Assembly: GCA_964019425.1 (NCBI GenBank)
Contig: OZ025802.1
Location: 558,001 to 622,000, forward strand
Length of the DNA stretch: 64,000 nucleotides
Origin: Flectonema sp. DT1601
Lineage: Eukaryota
Reading direction: 5' to 3'
The notes beneath the pieces are model-generated. The model ran no database searches and was not told the DNA's origin. It saw only the letters and a list, made by a program, of their open reading frames with translations. Below, piece by piece: positions 37,174 to 50,897 of the stretch. Position numbers and translations under genes: made by a program. How positions within the stretch are numbered: the first letter of the stretch is position 1; every line of letters begins with the position of its first letter.

Positions 37174-40100
37174 TCAGACTACTGAATCAGGAGAGTGTGC
37201 TCTGTCTGACAGTTCTACAACATCGTTAGGGCACTCTTCAGGTATGACAGGTGGTTCTTTCTTACCTTCAGACTCCTCCTCAACAACAGTAGTCTTACGA
37301 AGCCACAAGAAAACACCAACAGCGATTAATGCAACGACACATATCGCAGCGATTACGATACCAATAATTGCACCTGTTGACATGGAAGAGGATCCAGAAG
37401 TAACAGGAGCATCTACTTCACATACAGTTCGAAGAACATAACCAGCAACACATGTAATTGGGATACAATTGCCGTTTGAGTCAACAAACGATTCAACCGC
37501 ATTTGCCGCTTGACATGTCTCAAAGGTTCTTCCAACAACAACAACTTGGTCAGCCTGTCCAAGGAGGGCATTCACTTCAGCGTCAGCAGCAACTTCGGCA
37601 TTTAAGTCAGTACTTGCTTGCGAACCTTGCTTTGCAGTAGTTTCTGGAGCCAAATTCCCACTTGCCCTGTAGTGAACAGATCCGCAGACGTACGTCACAG
37701 AGATTGATTCGAATCCCATAACTCTCGCAACCATCGCTTCAAACCGAACTCTGACCGCATTGTTCCCCAGAAAGGCATTGCAATTTCCTGATGTGAATCT
37801 ACCGCGTACTACATACGAACGAAGGGACGATGGCGGCGATGCTGTAGATGGTGAGCCAGTTGGAACTGCAGTAGGTGAGTTAGTTGGCACCGCAGTCGGA
37901 ACCGCAGTCGGAACCGCAGTCGGAACCGCAGTTGCTGGAGCATTAGTTGGCACGGCAGTTGCTGGAGCATTAGTTGGCACGGCAGTTGCTGGAGCATTGG
38001 TTGGCACGGCAGTTGCTGGAGCATTAGTTGGCACGGCAGTTGCTGGAGCATTGGTTGGCACGGCAGTTGCTGGAGCATTAGTTGGCACAGCAGTTGGCAC
38101 CGCAGTTGGCACGGCAGTCGGCACCGCAGTTGGCACTGCTGTAGTTGCCGCTGCAGGAACCGCCGTGGGAACCGCCGTGGGGTCGAAACACTGTTTCATG
38201 GTGATGTCCGGAAGGAATGAGTTTTGTTGATAGTCACCCATTCTTCTCTTGTAACTACAAGTGTCAATAGTTCCATGAGAAGCAGCACAAGTATTCTCAC
38301 AGTTACCGTTACCCGGTTGGTGAACTACGTTTGCATTCGAATCAGGTTTCCAGCACAGGACAGTAGCGTCGTCGTTAACGAACGTGTAGTCGCAAGCAGT
38401 TGTTTTAATGTGACACCAGCCGTCAGATCTTCTCCACCAGAAAGCAGAGCAGGAACCGTGATTGTCACAAAATGCTTTGCACTCAGGGAAAGTAGAGCTT
38501 TCACTGGGGACAGTACCAATTGGATTACAATTATGAGCTCTGCAATATCCACTACCAACTTTAACGTAACCAGCTGGGTGCTCTACTTCAATGTTTACAT
38601 TCATTACTGGATTAGTAATACCCTTACTAATAGCATTCTTTATACCACAGACTACGGTATAAGTATATCCTGGTAGTAGGAGGTTGTTAGCGTACTCTTT
38701 CAATATAGTCATAGATGCCAACCTGTTGGTAATAGTTGCTGAGTAAACAATAATATTACTGTCACTTGTTAAATCCTCTGCTGTTAGTGGTCGGGGATTT
38801 GGGTTGTTACGAATGTGTAGTAACGCAGCACAGAATACTTCTTCACCTTCAAGAGCTCTATTATTTTCAATTATTATTGGTAGTCCAGTATCAAGTCCCT
38901 TTCCTTGGAGTGGCCACTTGTCTACTATTCTAAGTGTAGGAGCATCCTTTTTGTACAAAGCACCACCATACGTATCAAAGCAAGACTCATAGGTACATCC
39001 TTCAACCATTGCGTGGTCTTGCTGTGTGCATGTTGCGTACAGTTTACACTGCTTTGCTGCAGCTTCCCAGGTAAAGAAGTTGCAGGTGTCACTCTTTTCA
39101 CATTCAGAAGCACAACATTCGTAGTCAGATGAAGCTTTACTGGTTATTGGTGTGTTAGTACATGTTTTGTAACCAAATGGGAGCTCTTGAATACTGTAAC
39201 CGGATATAAGTGGGGCCATTCCTTCTCTACTACACTTCCAGGTGTCATAATAAATATCACTGTGATGAGTGTACGTACCACTTCTAATAAGAAAACACTT
39301 GTGAAAGTATGTGTCGGTTGGATCACGTTTCATCCAAGTGAAACCAGTGCAAAGAGGGTCCAAATCGCACATATTTTTACAATACTCTGCATTATCGTAT
39401 GGGCCAAGAGGAACATCCGGAAGGTTAGGGAACTGGACAAAATGACCTCCCAGATTCTTAAAAGCGTTCCTATTCGTAAACGGTGCCGTATCTGGGTACC
39501 TTACCCAGCGATTACAACGTGGCTGTTCATTCCCTCTTGGGAGTTGTCTGTTTGGTGTACTGCATACAGCAGGTGCAACAAATCTTACTGTGTAGTGTTG
39601 CTTTTGAAGTGTTTGTACTTCAATCCAACAACTACTTGATGATCTTCCTCCATTATTAAGAGACCAAGTGAATTGTCTACATGGAGGGGAATTTCCTGCA
39701 GCGTTGTGGGCGTTGCACAATTCTGAGCATCTGATTGCGCTGTCAACACCGTTCCAGACTCCCAAAAGGATATCTTCTGGACCTCTGAGATCGTGTCCCA
39801 TGGTGATACCGGCTTCGAGGCAAGGAAGGCCGTGGTCTCCTTCGTAGTCGACAATGGCGTACTTTGGACCAACTTCTTGAGATTGATCTGATAAGATTGG
39901 CTTCTCTCCATTCGCATTAACTGATACTACAATCCAGTAATGAGGATTACAGATGTCTGTGTGAGAAGTTGATCGTTCCTGACGATCATATGATATCGCA
40001 CAGCGCTGATCAGGGACAGTTCCCATTGGGATATCAAAAGTAATATCACATCCAGTGACTGCAAATTCTCTAAGAAGTTTTGCATTATCTCTCCATTTAA

Positions 40101-40701
40101 CCTGAGTCCATGAAACCGGATTAGCAAGTCCACACGATGGAACCTTTCTAACACTCCTTGCAAATCCCCAATAGACTCTGTAGTGAGTGATATCACTCTC
40201 GTCTAATGCTCTTATTATGGTTGCCTTACCTCCAAACCTGTAAAGACCTGGGTCTCGATCAGTAAATATAAACCCCTGTGCATTGTGACTAGGCACATTT
40301 CCAGCTGGTACACAGCAAGTTTCGTCATTGCATGCAAATACACAGCTGGTTGATGCTCCGTTACCTCTTCTTGTTCCTTCTCTGCAGGTGTAGGTAGAGC
40401 AGAGTTCTTCACAACAGCAGGTTGCGTCATTACAAGGTCCTGCAAACTCATCACCTTGATTGTAATCAGCGCAAATTATACCTGATGAGTCATGACGTAA
40501 TACACCACTACTACATGCGTACGGCGCCTGGTCTGCAGGAGGAATCGAGTCATCCATAAAAGTGTACAGCGTCTGTCCATCACCAGGTCTTCTGTTACAG
40601 TAAGGCCACAAAGGATACGCAACTGAGTTATGTGGGCTCGCCCAGTTGCATAAGTTACCAGCAGCGAATCCCGCTTGCAGCAACAATATTAATTTCGACA
40701 T
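37174..40701 (-). CDS. Type I membrane surface protein with several PAN/apple-like Cys domains and a Thr/Pro/Ala stalk, 1175 aa
   Basis: Signal peptide [15 protein letters not shown]. Repeated C-x3-C-x5-C-x2-FTW...C modules (CSELCNAH...[54 protein letters not shown]). [13 protein letters not shown] repeats. TM helix [25 protein letters not shown] followed by RK. Confidence 0.88.
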   Translation of the reverse strand: MSKLILLLQAGFAAGNLCNWASPHNSVAYPLWPYCNRRPGDGQTLYTFMDDSIPPADQAPYACSSGVLRHDSSGIICADYNQGDEFAGPCNDATCCCEELCSTYTCREGTRRGNGASTSCVFACNDETCCVPAGNVPSHNAQGFIFTDRDPGLYRFGGKATIIRALDESDITHYRVYWGFARSVRKVPSCGLANPVSWTQVKWRDNAKLLREFAVTGCDITFDIPMGTVPDQRCAISYDRQERSTSHTDICNPHYWIVVSVNANGEKPILSDQSQEVGPKYAIVDYEGDHGLPCLEAGITMGHDLRGPEDILLGVWNGVDSAIRCSELCNAHNAAGNSPPCRQFTWSLNNGGRSSSSCWIEVQTLQKQHYTVRFVAPAVCSTPNRQLPRGNEQPRCNRWVRYPDTAPFTNRNAFKNLGGHFVQFPNLPDVPLGPYDNAEYCKNMCDLDPLCTGFTWMKRDPTDTYFHKCFLIRSGTYTHHSDIYYDTWKCSREGMAPLISGYSIQELPFGYKTCTNTPITSKASSDYECCASECEKSDTCNFFTWEAAAKQCKLYATCTQQDHAMVEGCTYESCFDTYGGALYKKDAPTLRIVDKWPLQGKGLDTGLPIIIENNRALEGEEVFCAALLHIRNNPNPRPLTAEDLTSDSNIIVYSATITNRLASMTILKEYANNLLLPGYTYTVVCGIKNAISKGITNPVMNVNIEVEHPAGYVKVGSGYCRAHNCNPIGTVPSESSTFPECKAFCDNHGSCSAFWWRRSDGWCHIKTTACDYTFVNDDATVLCWKPDSNANVVHQPGNGNCENTCAASHGTIDTCSYKRRMGDYQQNSFLPDITMKQCFDPTAVPTAVPAAATTAVPTAVPTAVPTAVPTAVPTNAPATAVPTNAPATAVPTNAPATAVPTNAPATAVPTNAPATAVPTNAPATAVPTAVPTAVPTAVPTNSPTAVPTGSPSTASPPSSLRSYVVRGRFTSGNCNAFLGNNAVRVRFEAMVARVMGFESISVTYVCGSVHYRASGNLAPETTAKQGSQASTDLNAEVAADAEVNALLGQADQVVVVGRTFETCQAANAVESFVDSNGNCIPITCVAGYVLRTVCEVDAPVTSGSSSMSTGAIIGIVIAAICVVALIAVGVFLWLRKTTVVEEESEGKKEPPVIPEECPNDVVELSDRAHSPDSVV
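37860..38182 (-). repeat. Coding minisatellite (27-nt PTNAPATAV x6 and 12-nt PTAV units)
   Basis: Tandem units read directly in both DNA and protein. Confidence 0.9.
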
Positions 40702-42251
40702 AGTTCCTACTCTCTGTTTTTAGAAATATATTAAACAGCAATACACAAAATCAACAACTAAGTCTGCTGTCTAATTACATTAAATCAATTGGTATCCTGT
40801 TGGTAGTGAATAGTATTAAGGAAATGGAAAAACGTGAAAGTGAGGACAAAAAAAAGGCATCGTATCGGGATCGAAGGAAGATTCTTCTTTGTTTCTACTT
40901 GTTCCTATTTTTGTTCTTTTATTTTGTTTCGTTTCTTCCTACCCCACCTTTTTTTCCCAGGCTTCTTTTCTTTTTCTTTTTCTTTTTTTTTTTCAATTCA
41001 TGCTTGCGCGCTGCTTCCTTAAAAAGGTACTGAACTAATTCTCGTACCCCATCATAGAAGAGGCTGCAAACGACAATGGCAATTCTCGTCTGTTCCGCTG
41101 TCTGGAATTTTCTTTTTTTTAGTTGTTCCCATATCGTTCGCTGCTTTTTTTTTTTTTTTTGGAAAAAGGGGAGAAGTCGGGAGGAGCCCTTCCTAAGCGG
41201 TGTCTGCATCTGGGCATTTAAATACAATAAAAACTACATCTGGCCAAAGAGCTAGACGACCTGCAGAAAAAAATGTTCCGTTTCTAAGGTATTCCATTTA
41301 ATAAGAAACAACGGGGGGAAGAAAAAAAAAAAAAAAAATGCCACTCCATAATTTTCAGAAGGAAAAGGAAGAGAGCACGATAAAGGTCAGTTTTTTTTTT
41401 TTTTTTGTTTTTTTTTTTCCCCCCCCAATTCAAAAAGAGGGCGGTGAAATTATACAACGATTAAATACATGATGTACACAAACATGTTTACATGCCAGAA
41501 ATAAAAAGATGAATAAGAAATTTACTACATTAACAATAGTTGATAAATGGTTCCAAATGTCAACGAATGTTACAAAGCACAACAACTGCTTTTGCAGTTA
41601 AAAAAAATATTCATGCTTTTTTTTTTTTTTTTTTTTTTAATCCCCTTTTCCCCCCCCTCCACGAGTTTTTTTTTCATTCCGCTTATTATTATTTCCTTTT
41701 ACTTATTTAATTTTTTTTCCCCCCCGTCTTTTGTTATTGTTGGTTCAAAGTACAACACGCTTAAGCTACCACTCTGGATTATCTGAACACAGAAATATAT
41801 AATAATAGACTAATTTAAGAAAAATACATAAAAACAAAATTGGGGGGAAGGGGGTGTAAGTTTTCGACAAAAAAAATAAAAAAAATAAAAAAAAAGCATT
41901 TTCGAATGCTTGCTGACAGAATAAAGAAACATGTGTGTCACATAAAGTTGGGTCACAAAAGCCCAGTTGTTTCTTATAAAACAAATCATGTTTTATTCCT
42001 TTTTTTTTTTTTTTTTTTTTTTTTTTGGCACTTACTTGTCAGCAAAAAACATTTGTCGACTACGAAAACAGAGCACGAAGGAAAGAAGCTTACTAATTCA
42101 GTACACTTGTTGTTTAAGGAACAACACGAATAAACAATCGAATAGAAGAACGAAAATTAAAAGGGAAACATTTAAAAACGAAAAGGTTTTGAGAATCAAC
42201 ATGTATGAAATAGCTACTGTTGCTACTTAATAATAATTCCAATGAAAGCGC

Positions 42252-42283
<32 letters not shown>

Positions 42284-43486
42284 TTTTCCCCCCAACTTAA
42301 ATAAAACAATAAAAGACAAGAGAGTCTGAACACAGTTGGCACACGGTGGCAGCGGCTAAACAAAAGCAACTGAGATATGAAAAGTTTTTTTTTTTTTTTC
42401 CCCATGCTATCACAAATCTCTCTTAAAGAAATTTTGAAAGAGAAAAAAAGAACAAACACGGACAACAACAGACATGAAGACGGAAATTGATCCACCGCTT
42501 AGCATTGAAATCAGTAAACTTGCAAGACATTATAAAACATCATTAATCTTGTTTGGTTTGGTTTGGTTTTTTTTTTTTTTTCCCCCCTCTTTTTTTTTTT
42601 TTTTTTTTTGTCAAGAAAAAAAAATATAGAAAAATCAAGGAACTAGACCCCCAAGATTCGAGCTCAGACTCTTTGTCAGAGTACTTTTTATCTTCAGTAC
42701 AGAATATTTTATGAGTATTGGGGACGCACAAGTTAATCTGCCAAAGATAAAAATTACTAATTGCTCAACTAAATAGCCGAAGAATCTCTATGGAGGAAAT
42801 CAAACGTTTACGTTTGGGTGTGCAAAAATAATTGAAGTTTGATGCAACAAACAAAAGCAAGAGAGAACTTTTTAGCCAAAAAAAACAAGAGGATGGCCTA
42901 CTTCATTGATGAAAACAAGGCTAGATATAAACCCATGGCATTCAGGCTTGTTCCACTCTCACAACGCCGTAGTAAAGACATCCGTCTTAACGTGACGCTA
43001 TGTTGTTGTGAATGTAGAGTAAAAAGTAAACACCTAGCTTGGTCGAAACACTAAAGTTTCTACTATTTTATTTTTCTGGAAAAAATGAGACTGAAAAGTG
43101 GAAAAAAAAAATGTAAAAAAAATAATATCAAAAATAATTGTGCTGCTGAAGTTGCGATAAAAGTCCTCAGGAAGACCACACTTCACAGGTTGGTCATTCA
43201 CCATCGAGAACAACACATCACGCAGCGAACGTCAATAACCAAACCAAAAATCAGCGCTTTCAAAGATTAGCGAAATCCAACGTGGAGGTATATTATTACA
43301 CGCCATCCTTGAGCAAGTAGGTGTCGAGAGTGACTATTTGCTCCAGAGAAATATTTAAAAAAAAAAAAAAAAAAAACCAGATTGTGAAGTTCAAGAAAAG
43401 GCCTCCTCGCTCTAAGTAACCCCAACTTGCGATCAACAAAAGAAAAAAAAGAAAAGAACCTGCGTAAGATTTATTGTTAAACAGAT

Positions 43487-43601
43487 TAGTCAAGGGGTAA
43501 AATTTTGACAATGTAAAAAACAGTAACAACTTTAAATATTAAAAATAAAATTAATATCAAGTACTTGACTGAAAAAATACACTAGTCAAGGGGGTGAATA
43601 A
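43487..43601. repeat. Possible degenerate copy of the dispersed element, bounded by the direct repeat TAGTCAAGGGG
   Basis: Direct repeats at 43487-43497 and 43583-43593. The left end GGGG...TTTGA...TGTAAAA and right end GGGGGTGAATA resemble copy 1 and its flank. The core stem is absent. Confidence 0.4.
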
Positions 43602-46192
43602 GTGAATTTTCAAAAAAATGGGTGGATAAAGCACATTGCCACAACAGTTTCTTTGGAGATCCAAGCAGTGCCGACAACTTCGATAAAGCTATCTTTTAAT
43701 ATGTTGCTCGAGGTGGAAGAGGAAGAAAGAAAAAAAAATTATTTTACTTTACTGAACATCAAGAGAAAAGGTAAGCTCCAGAAAAAGAGGGGAATACAAA
43801 AAAAAATATAAAAAAAAAGCTCATGAATCTCAACTATTTTGTACCACAACAGTGACACTAAACTACACTGAGCAGTTTATTGTGTTTTTTTCCTCCCCTC
43901 TTTTTTTTTTTTTTTTTCTCTGTCCGCATGACGTTAGGCAGTTACCTTACATTTTGAACAAGCCACGTGGGAAAGAACGCATGCGGGTTAAGATCAGTCG
44001 TGGGGTTTTTCTTTTCTCTTTGTTAGTGTGCAATAAAGAGAGAGGGGAAAAAAAAGGCCAAGCCCGTAACCACACTGACTATTCCGTTTTTCAGATAGGT
44101 AGGAGGTATGGCATCTGAAATATAATTACAAAAAGCTGTAGTGAAATAATTTTCTTTTCAAAAATTTTGAAGGATCAAACAACAAAAAAATAAATAAAAA
44201 AGATAAGTAAAGCAACAAGAAATTACTATGTTTTTCGCAATTCAGTTTTAGAAACTAAGGGAAAAAAAAAAAAAAAAAACAATAAAAAGAAAAAGAAAAA
44301 GAAAAGGCAAGGAAGAGTACAACTCTCCCGTGAGTGTTATCGCTTGAATCCGAGAGTTCCTTTCTCCTTCTCCAAAGTTTAAGAAGATACACTTATCACT
44401 ATTCGGGTACCCATAAAAACAGAGAGAGTACGCGAGGAAGTCTCCCAACGTTGCTCTCCGAAATCACTACATTCTACAACAGACGCAATACTCATAGAAA
44501 TAATGCTTACTTCTTAGGTTTTTAACTTTTGCAGAGGAAATAATAAATGAGAAAAGAAAAATGGAAACAAGTACGATTAACGAAAATAAAAATTTCATAA
44601 AAAAAAGAACTATATTCTTAACCAATTAACAAGCTGAAGAGCCGTTTTTTATGTACATTTCGTTAATCGCAGGTGATCTACAATGGTTCCTTGCAGCTTC
44701 CTAACGACTAAAGAAGAGTACATACGGGTTTTAGCTGAGTCAGCGAAATGGAAAATAGTGACTTCAAAGTTGCTACTATTACTAAATAAGAAGAAAAAGT
44801 AAAAAAAAAAAAAAAAAAAAAACGAAACGAAAGACAAATTAATGTAGCAGCCAAACTCGTGCCAACATGCTTAATGTAACCTGAAAACAAGTACCAAAAT
44901 TGAATCAAGAAACGAATCTCTTTTCTTGTTTACGTGGACCCATTTAGCATTACAAAGAAAAGAGATGGGGAAAAAGCAACAAAGTAATGTAATAAAGAAA
45001 ATGAGAGGATTATTGTAAGCCACTGAGTGCTTCCGCGAAGTCTCTCAATAGCGGGAAACGACAGTAGAATTCACTAACGTAAACAATTATTATTACCAGG
45101 GTTTCTCTGCCACCCAAGGAAAAAAGGAAAATACACGACAGAATTGGATGGAGCAAATAATTAACACATCACACTGGTTGAAAGAAAATATCAGCTCGAA
45201 ACAAGCCGCCAAAAACAGTTATGTTCTACTTTTCATTCATTTTTTTCCATTTACAAAAGAAAAACAATCATAACTTGCAAAAGAGCGACCTACAGTAAGT
45301 TGTGTTCCTCAATCGACGACAAGTACAACAAGTTGAAATCATGACCTGGCTCTGATAACTAAACAGGAGAAGACATGGCGCAAGAGCGCTAAAGATAGAA
45401 ATAGTAAAAGTCGTGACTTTGCACGAAATAGAGTAGATCACCTTCTCTCCTTCGTTTCAAAGAAACAGGTCGATGATTCAACATACGTCAAAGACGCTAT
45501 ATATCTTGTTAAACATCTGAGTACAGAGAATTAACATTTAAGGACATGATTACCCAGCTAGGGTAATATGTACATTCAGACGCAGAACAGCTTGAATCCC
45601 TCGTTAGAAACAAGTAAACTGTTGCTGAGTAACATAGGTGTGGGGGTTAGCAATTCATCCACAAGTGACAAGTAGAAGGTAGTAGTGAGTGAGGACTACC
45701 TACATCATAGAATACGGTAAACATTGTAGAATGAAAAGCTGTTGTCAGGTAGTACTCGATCGTGCAGTGTCATTGTCAGGCAAGCTGACAGCTGCATTTC
45801 TTTTTTTTTTTTTTTTTTCCTTCTCTTTGTTCTGGTTTAGAAGGAGCGATACCAATAGTTTGATTGCTCTGCTTGAAACATTACACGTCTCTCTGAAGAA
45901 CTTGAAAGTTGTTTGAATTCACGTTAGAGTGCACGTCAACAAATTTCATATAAACACGTACCAACCGCTATGCTGAGATTCTAGGCTCCGATGTCATCAA
46001 AACCAAAGATGGTTGACATGTGTACACCAACCTTTCAACAGGGAAAAAGAACGAAAGGTGTTTTTTTTTTTTTTTGTTTTTTTCCTTATATGCAAATGAC
46101 GAGATCAAAGGTTTGCTTCTACCTGACCGTTACTTTTATGCAAGCACGTAGTGGACTACCAAACGGAAACCGACCACACAAAAAAAAGAAAA

Positions 46193-47340
46193 TAGTAACA
46201 TTATTAGTTAAACTAAGTTTAATAAAAGTTGTAAAAAAAAAAAAAAAAGAAAACTTGATAAATAGCAAAGACAGAACTCTTAATGGGATGCAAAATGAAT
46301 AAGATAGGGGGAAGAATGGGAAAAAGGAAAGAAAAAAAAAGTTAATTTATCGGCCAATCAGTTTCATGTTCGAGTCTAACACGCAACACATAGACCTAAC
46401 AAGTAACTATTAAACAAACCGTGTTTCGAAAGTCCGGTACGTAAGTGTTTTCTGTATTGTAAAAGTTAACAAAAGCGAAAGGAATCATCCGCTTCTTAAT
46501 ACACTAGCCGAAATATATGTGTTCTTTCCGCACTGCTTTGACCAAAACTGAAACGAAAAAGAAAAAAAAAACACAAGCAATAATGCAAGAACCATAGTGT
46601 TAATTTTGTTTTCTTCACCCTTTTACTGTGGAAAAGTTAAATAAGTCGTCGAACGCCCAAAACATTTCTCTTTTTTTTTTTTTTTTTATATTTTTTTTTT
46701 TTATCTCAGTAATATTATTCCAAAGGTACAAGCACACCCGAAGAAGAATTGTTCTTTTTTTTTTTTTTTTTTTCCTTTAATTATAACAACGGGTACGAAA
46801 AGATAGTAGTAACATTATTGGTTTACCAAAGCTTGTAAAAAAAGAAAAAAGAAAACTTGATAAATAGCAAAGACAGAACTTCTTGATGGGATGTAAAATG
46901 AATAAGATAAAAAAAAGAATGAAAGAAATTTATTGGCCAATCAGTTTATGTTCGAGTCTAACACACAACACATAGACCTAACAAGTAACTATTAAAAAAA
47001 ACCGTGTTTCGAAAATCCGGTACGTAAGTGTTTTCTGCATTACAACGTGAAAATAATTTACCGCTCCTTAATACACAATCAAGCTGCCGAAGTGCTTCGA
47101 CCAGATTTGTTAATTTTTTTTTTTTTTTTTTTTTGCCTTTTGCTGGAAAAGTTAATACATTGTCAAAGGCAAAATATTCAATTTTAATATTATTAATAAA
47201 CAGAGCGTTTTTATAAATATCTAATATTATGTTGTACTACATATTTTTTTTTTCTTTTTTTTTTATCTTAATATTACCTAAGGTACAGTCACCCGAAGAA
47301 GGAAATTTTTTTTTTTCCTCTTAATTTTCGACAGGGGTAC
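46193..47340. repeat. Imperfect tandem duplication of ~600 bp (46193-46796 and 46807-47340)
   Basis: Long shared blocks, e.g. GAAAACTTGATAAATAGCAAAGACAGAACT, ATGTTCGAGTCTAACAC(G/A)CAACACATAGACCTAACAAGTAACTATTAAA and ACCGTGTTTCGAAA(G/A)TCCGGTACGTAAGTGTTTTCTG. Confidence 0.92.
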
Positions 47341-48844
47341 ACCTCTGGCGGTGTTGTAACAAACATTTTGACAAAAAATAAATTAAAAGTAAAAAAAAAA
47401 AATTTGCAAGAAAAAGGAAAGGAACAGAAAAAAAATAGAGATGGCATCCATAATCCTACGTTCAGTCTAGTTCATTATGACTCGTGGCTCGCGAGAGGAA
47501 TGCAAGGCGTTATTATTTTTTTCTTTTTTTTTTTAGTAATCGAGAGGTAGTTTACTGAAACCCAAGAAAACAGCTAAAATAATCAAATCGCGACGTCAGT
47601 AAAGATTGGCGCGTAGTTACGTATAGCCACCCTTCTAAGTGAAGTTTTTTGGTAGTAATTTTTTTCTTCCTCCCTTCCCCCAGAATTTCAAATCTATTTT
47701 GCTTTCCGACACGCTAAATAGAAACCGCGACTGTGAGTACGCGGGGAGCCGGTGAAAGGATGTTTATACCGAAACAAAACTGTAAAAGAAAAACAAATAA
47801 CATAATAATAAAAAAAAAAATAATAATAATAATAAATATAAGTTTCAACTTTTCTTTTTTCAACGCTGATTTGAGAACCAATCGCACGTTGAAATTCAAG
47901 ACAATTGTCAGAAACTTGACAGATCCTATTAAGCAAGAACCATTTTACACGTAAGAATTTATTATACTAAAGTCTTAACTTTACTCCGTTGTCCGCCGGG
48001 ATAAGAGAACGGGAGAACATAAATAAGAACAACGCAATCTGCAAGGGACGCACAAAACTAACAGTGAACTTCCTTACAATCAATTCATAATCCACTATAG
48101 TAGTGTGTTTTAAACTCAAGCGTTTTGTAATATAAAAAAAAAAAAAAAATAATAATAATAATAAAAAACTATCTCAGATGTAAGCATAACCAAGTAAGTA
48201 GTTCCATCCCGACAATAAAAAAAAATATTTCTGAACAGTTATCAGAATAGGGTTTCTCTCCTCCTTTTTCTTCATTTTTTTTTTTTTTCAAACCATTCTT
48301 GGAGCAATGACGTGCATAGCTCTGTAAAAAGAGAGGAACAAGCATGGAAATGATAAAAAGCATACAAACAAGAAAGGGGAGGAAGCGCTAAACGAAAAAT
48401 ACCGTTTTCGGCCATATTGAACCATTGTTATCATCCCATGCCACTCGGAGAGACGAAATTTTTAAAGCGATTTTTTATTTTAAATTTATAATTTGAAAAA
48501 TAATTTTCAGTAGAAAAAAATAGACGAGCAGGAAAGAATACATTCACCCAAAAAAAAAGTAGGTAAAAAAAAAAAAAAAAAAAAAAGAACGAATGCACAA
48601 TCTCTACGAAATTATTTACTTTTTTTTTTTTTGATTACTTCATTATTTTTTTTTAAATTCTGCTGGTGGAAATGAAGTACAACTTAATCACACTATCATA
48701 ACCTTATTATGTGCTTCACCGATTCACGTGTAAAAATTACACAAAAATCTGTTAAAGGTTCTTTGGAATCCACATTGAGATTCTGAGAGAAGCACTATCA
48801 CTACAATACAACAACAAACACTAACAAAAATAAAAAAAGTATAC

Positions 48845-48870
<26 letters not shown>
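48845..48870. repeat. (GA)n microsatellite
   Basis: About 13 GA units read directly. Confidence 0.9.
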
Positions 48871-48875
<5 letters not shown>

Positions 48876-50692
48876 GGGAAAACTGTTGACAAACAGTAGC
48901 TTCTTCCACAACAAAGATGCAGAGTACTGGACAGGTTGATATACAGAGAACACATGTTCTAGTAAAGGCGAGAGAGGGATAAATAAAGATACCTTCCCTT
49001 TGAAAATTCCGTCTGCGTGCAGAACTTTATCTGCAGAGACGATGTCGGGGGGGTAATTTGATACTGCATTTTGAGATTAAAGGAACAACAAGGGGAGAGA
49101 TTTGTTTTTTTTTAATTTCAATTTCAATTTTTTTTTTTTTTTTTTTTCCTCTTAAAACATTCCCTAAAGTTAAGGTGAGGAACAAAAAAAAAATTATTTT
49201 TTTTTTTTATTTATATACGAAATAGCTGTTTCAATTATCATCGCATCAAGTAATGTGCGCGTCCATAGTGGCTGCGAATTCATTTTTTTTTCTTTATTTT
49301 CCTTTGATAAATGTAGTCTCTGTAACATTAGATGGCGTTATAAAATTCACCAGGTCAGAGAAACGATGCTTATTTTTATTTTTTAAAGAAAAGGAAACAC
49401 AACATGAAAGATAAAAACCTTTTTGATTAAACGAAAAAAAAAAGTGGGTTCGCCCTGTTGTATATTTTATACAACTGTCGAAGCAATAATAAAGCACTAT
49501 CATCACACAATTCTCGCTAATCAAAAATATATATATTTTTTTTTTTTTTTTTTTTGAATAAAATTATACTTGTTATTTTTTTAAGACTAAAAAAATTTAG
49601 CAGCTCACATTGTTTGAAAAGGTTCATTTTACGAGCACTCGCAATCACAGACAGCGGATACGTAGGGTTTTTTTTTTTTTTTTTTCTTTCGAACGAAAAC
49701 CAGGGAGTACACAAAACAATCTCGATAACATTTTTGCCTCCTCTTTATTATGAGAATTGAAAAGCAGATTTAACTAATAAACCTGATTGACGGCAACTCA
49801 ACGGGTTGTGAGATTTCCCTTAGCGAGGCTTGGAACAAGAACTCCACAACCTCATAGGACAGGCGTTGAAACAAAGGAAATACTTCCCCACACAACTTCA
49901 AGGTCATGGGGGTTTCTCCTTTGTACAAAGTGCTTAAGACTCGTAGCATAAATTATGTTTTTCTCCTTTTTTTTTTTTTTTTGAAAAAAAAAAAAAGGAG
50001 AAAAAAGTCAATGTCAGCACAAAAATCATTTTTTTTGTATTAAGGTATTGTAAGAACAAAAAAAAAAAAAAAAGGAATGTTGGCAGCACACGTAAACCTC
50101 CTTCAACTTTATCAGATTAAGTAGGTTCACGGCTTCGTGCATAATAAAACATTAAACCCGTGTTATATCACTGTTTTCTGTATAGTTTAAGTTATAGCCA
50201 ATGGCCTTTTTTTTTTTTTTTTTTTTTTTCCCCACATTTTTCACAGTGATATTATTTTTCAATAGTAGTGCTTTTGACAGCCCGACGAGGATAGGTGGAG
50301 CAACAATCCAGACGACTAGTTAACTAGCGTCTCGGATTGTTCATAAGTAGAAGCAAGAAAACGAGACAAAAAAAAAAAAAACGAGGCGCCTCAGTACAAA
50401 AATAGAGCAAGCATTCAATTTTTTATATTACATAAGCTACGATGTTTACCTGTTTGAAATTTCCAGTCTGCGTTATTTTTACATTCATCCCAGTTATTTT
50501 CATTTTTTTTAATAATTTTTTTTTTTTTTTTTTTTGCCAATATTTGAAATTTTCAACAAAACTTGTCGACTTTCAGGTTGTTTGCCATGGCGATTTTGCA
50601 AAAACTTTGGCTTTTAGAAACCAGTAGAAAAAAAAAACTCATCTGAAGGGATTTATAGACAACGTGATGATGAACACCGAAATGTCACATTA

Positions 50693-50897
50693 GGTGAGAG
50701 GATTGTTTGATTTTATTATTATTTTTTTTTTTTTTTGAAAAAAAAAAAAAACTGTATTGCATCACAAAACTATAATATAACGATAAGTTGACATCTGTTA
50801 AAAACAAGGGATGCAGTGAAATATGATTATGTCTCGATTTCTTTTTTTTGCCTTTTAAAGTAACCATCAACACACCTCTTACCTCTATTTCATTCAG
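50693..50897. repeat. Dispersed ~130-bp element, copy 4 (diverged, with a compensatory change in the stem)
   Basis: ACTGTATTGCATC...CGATAAGTTGACATCTGTTAA...GGATGCAGTGAAATATG...GCCTTTTAAAGTAACCAT. Stem TGCATC 50758-63 / GATGCA 50810-15. Confidence 0.75.

Noticed and set aside
37860..38182. Regular repeats as a CRISPR array
   Set aside because: No unique spacers; it is an in-frame coding minisatellite in a eukaryotic gene.
42745..42790. Minus-strand TTCTTCGGCTATTTAG resembling the 5' end of trypanosomatid U2 snRNA
   Set aside because: The match is only ~11-15 nt. The following AAGAUCAAG, branch-pairing region and Sm site are not recognisable.
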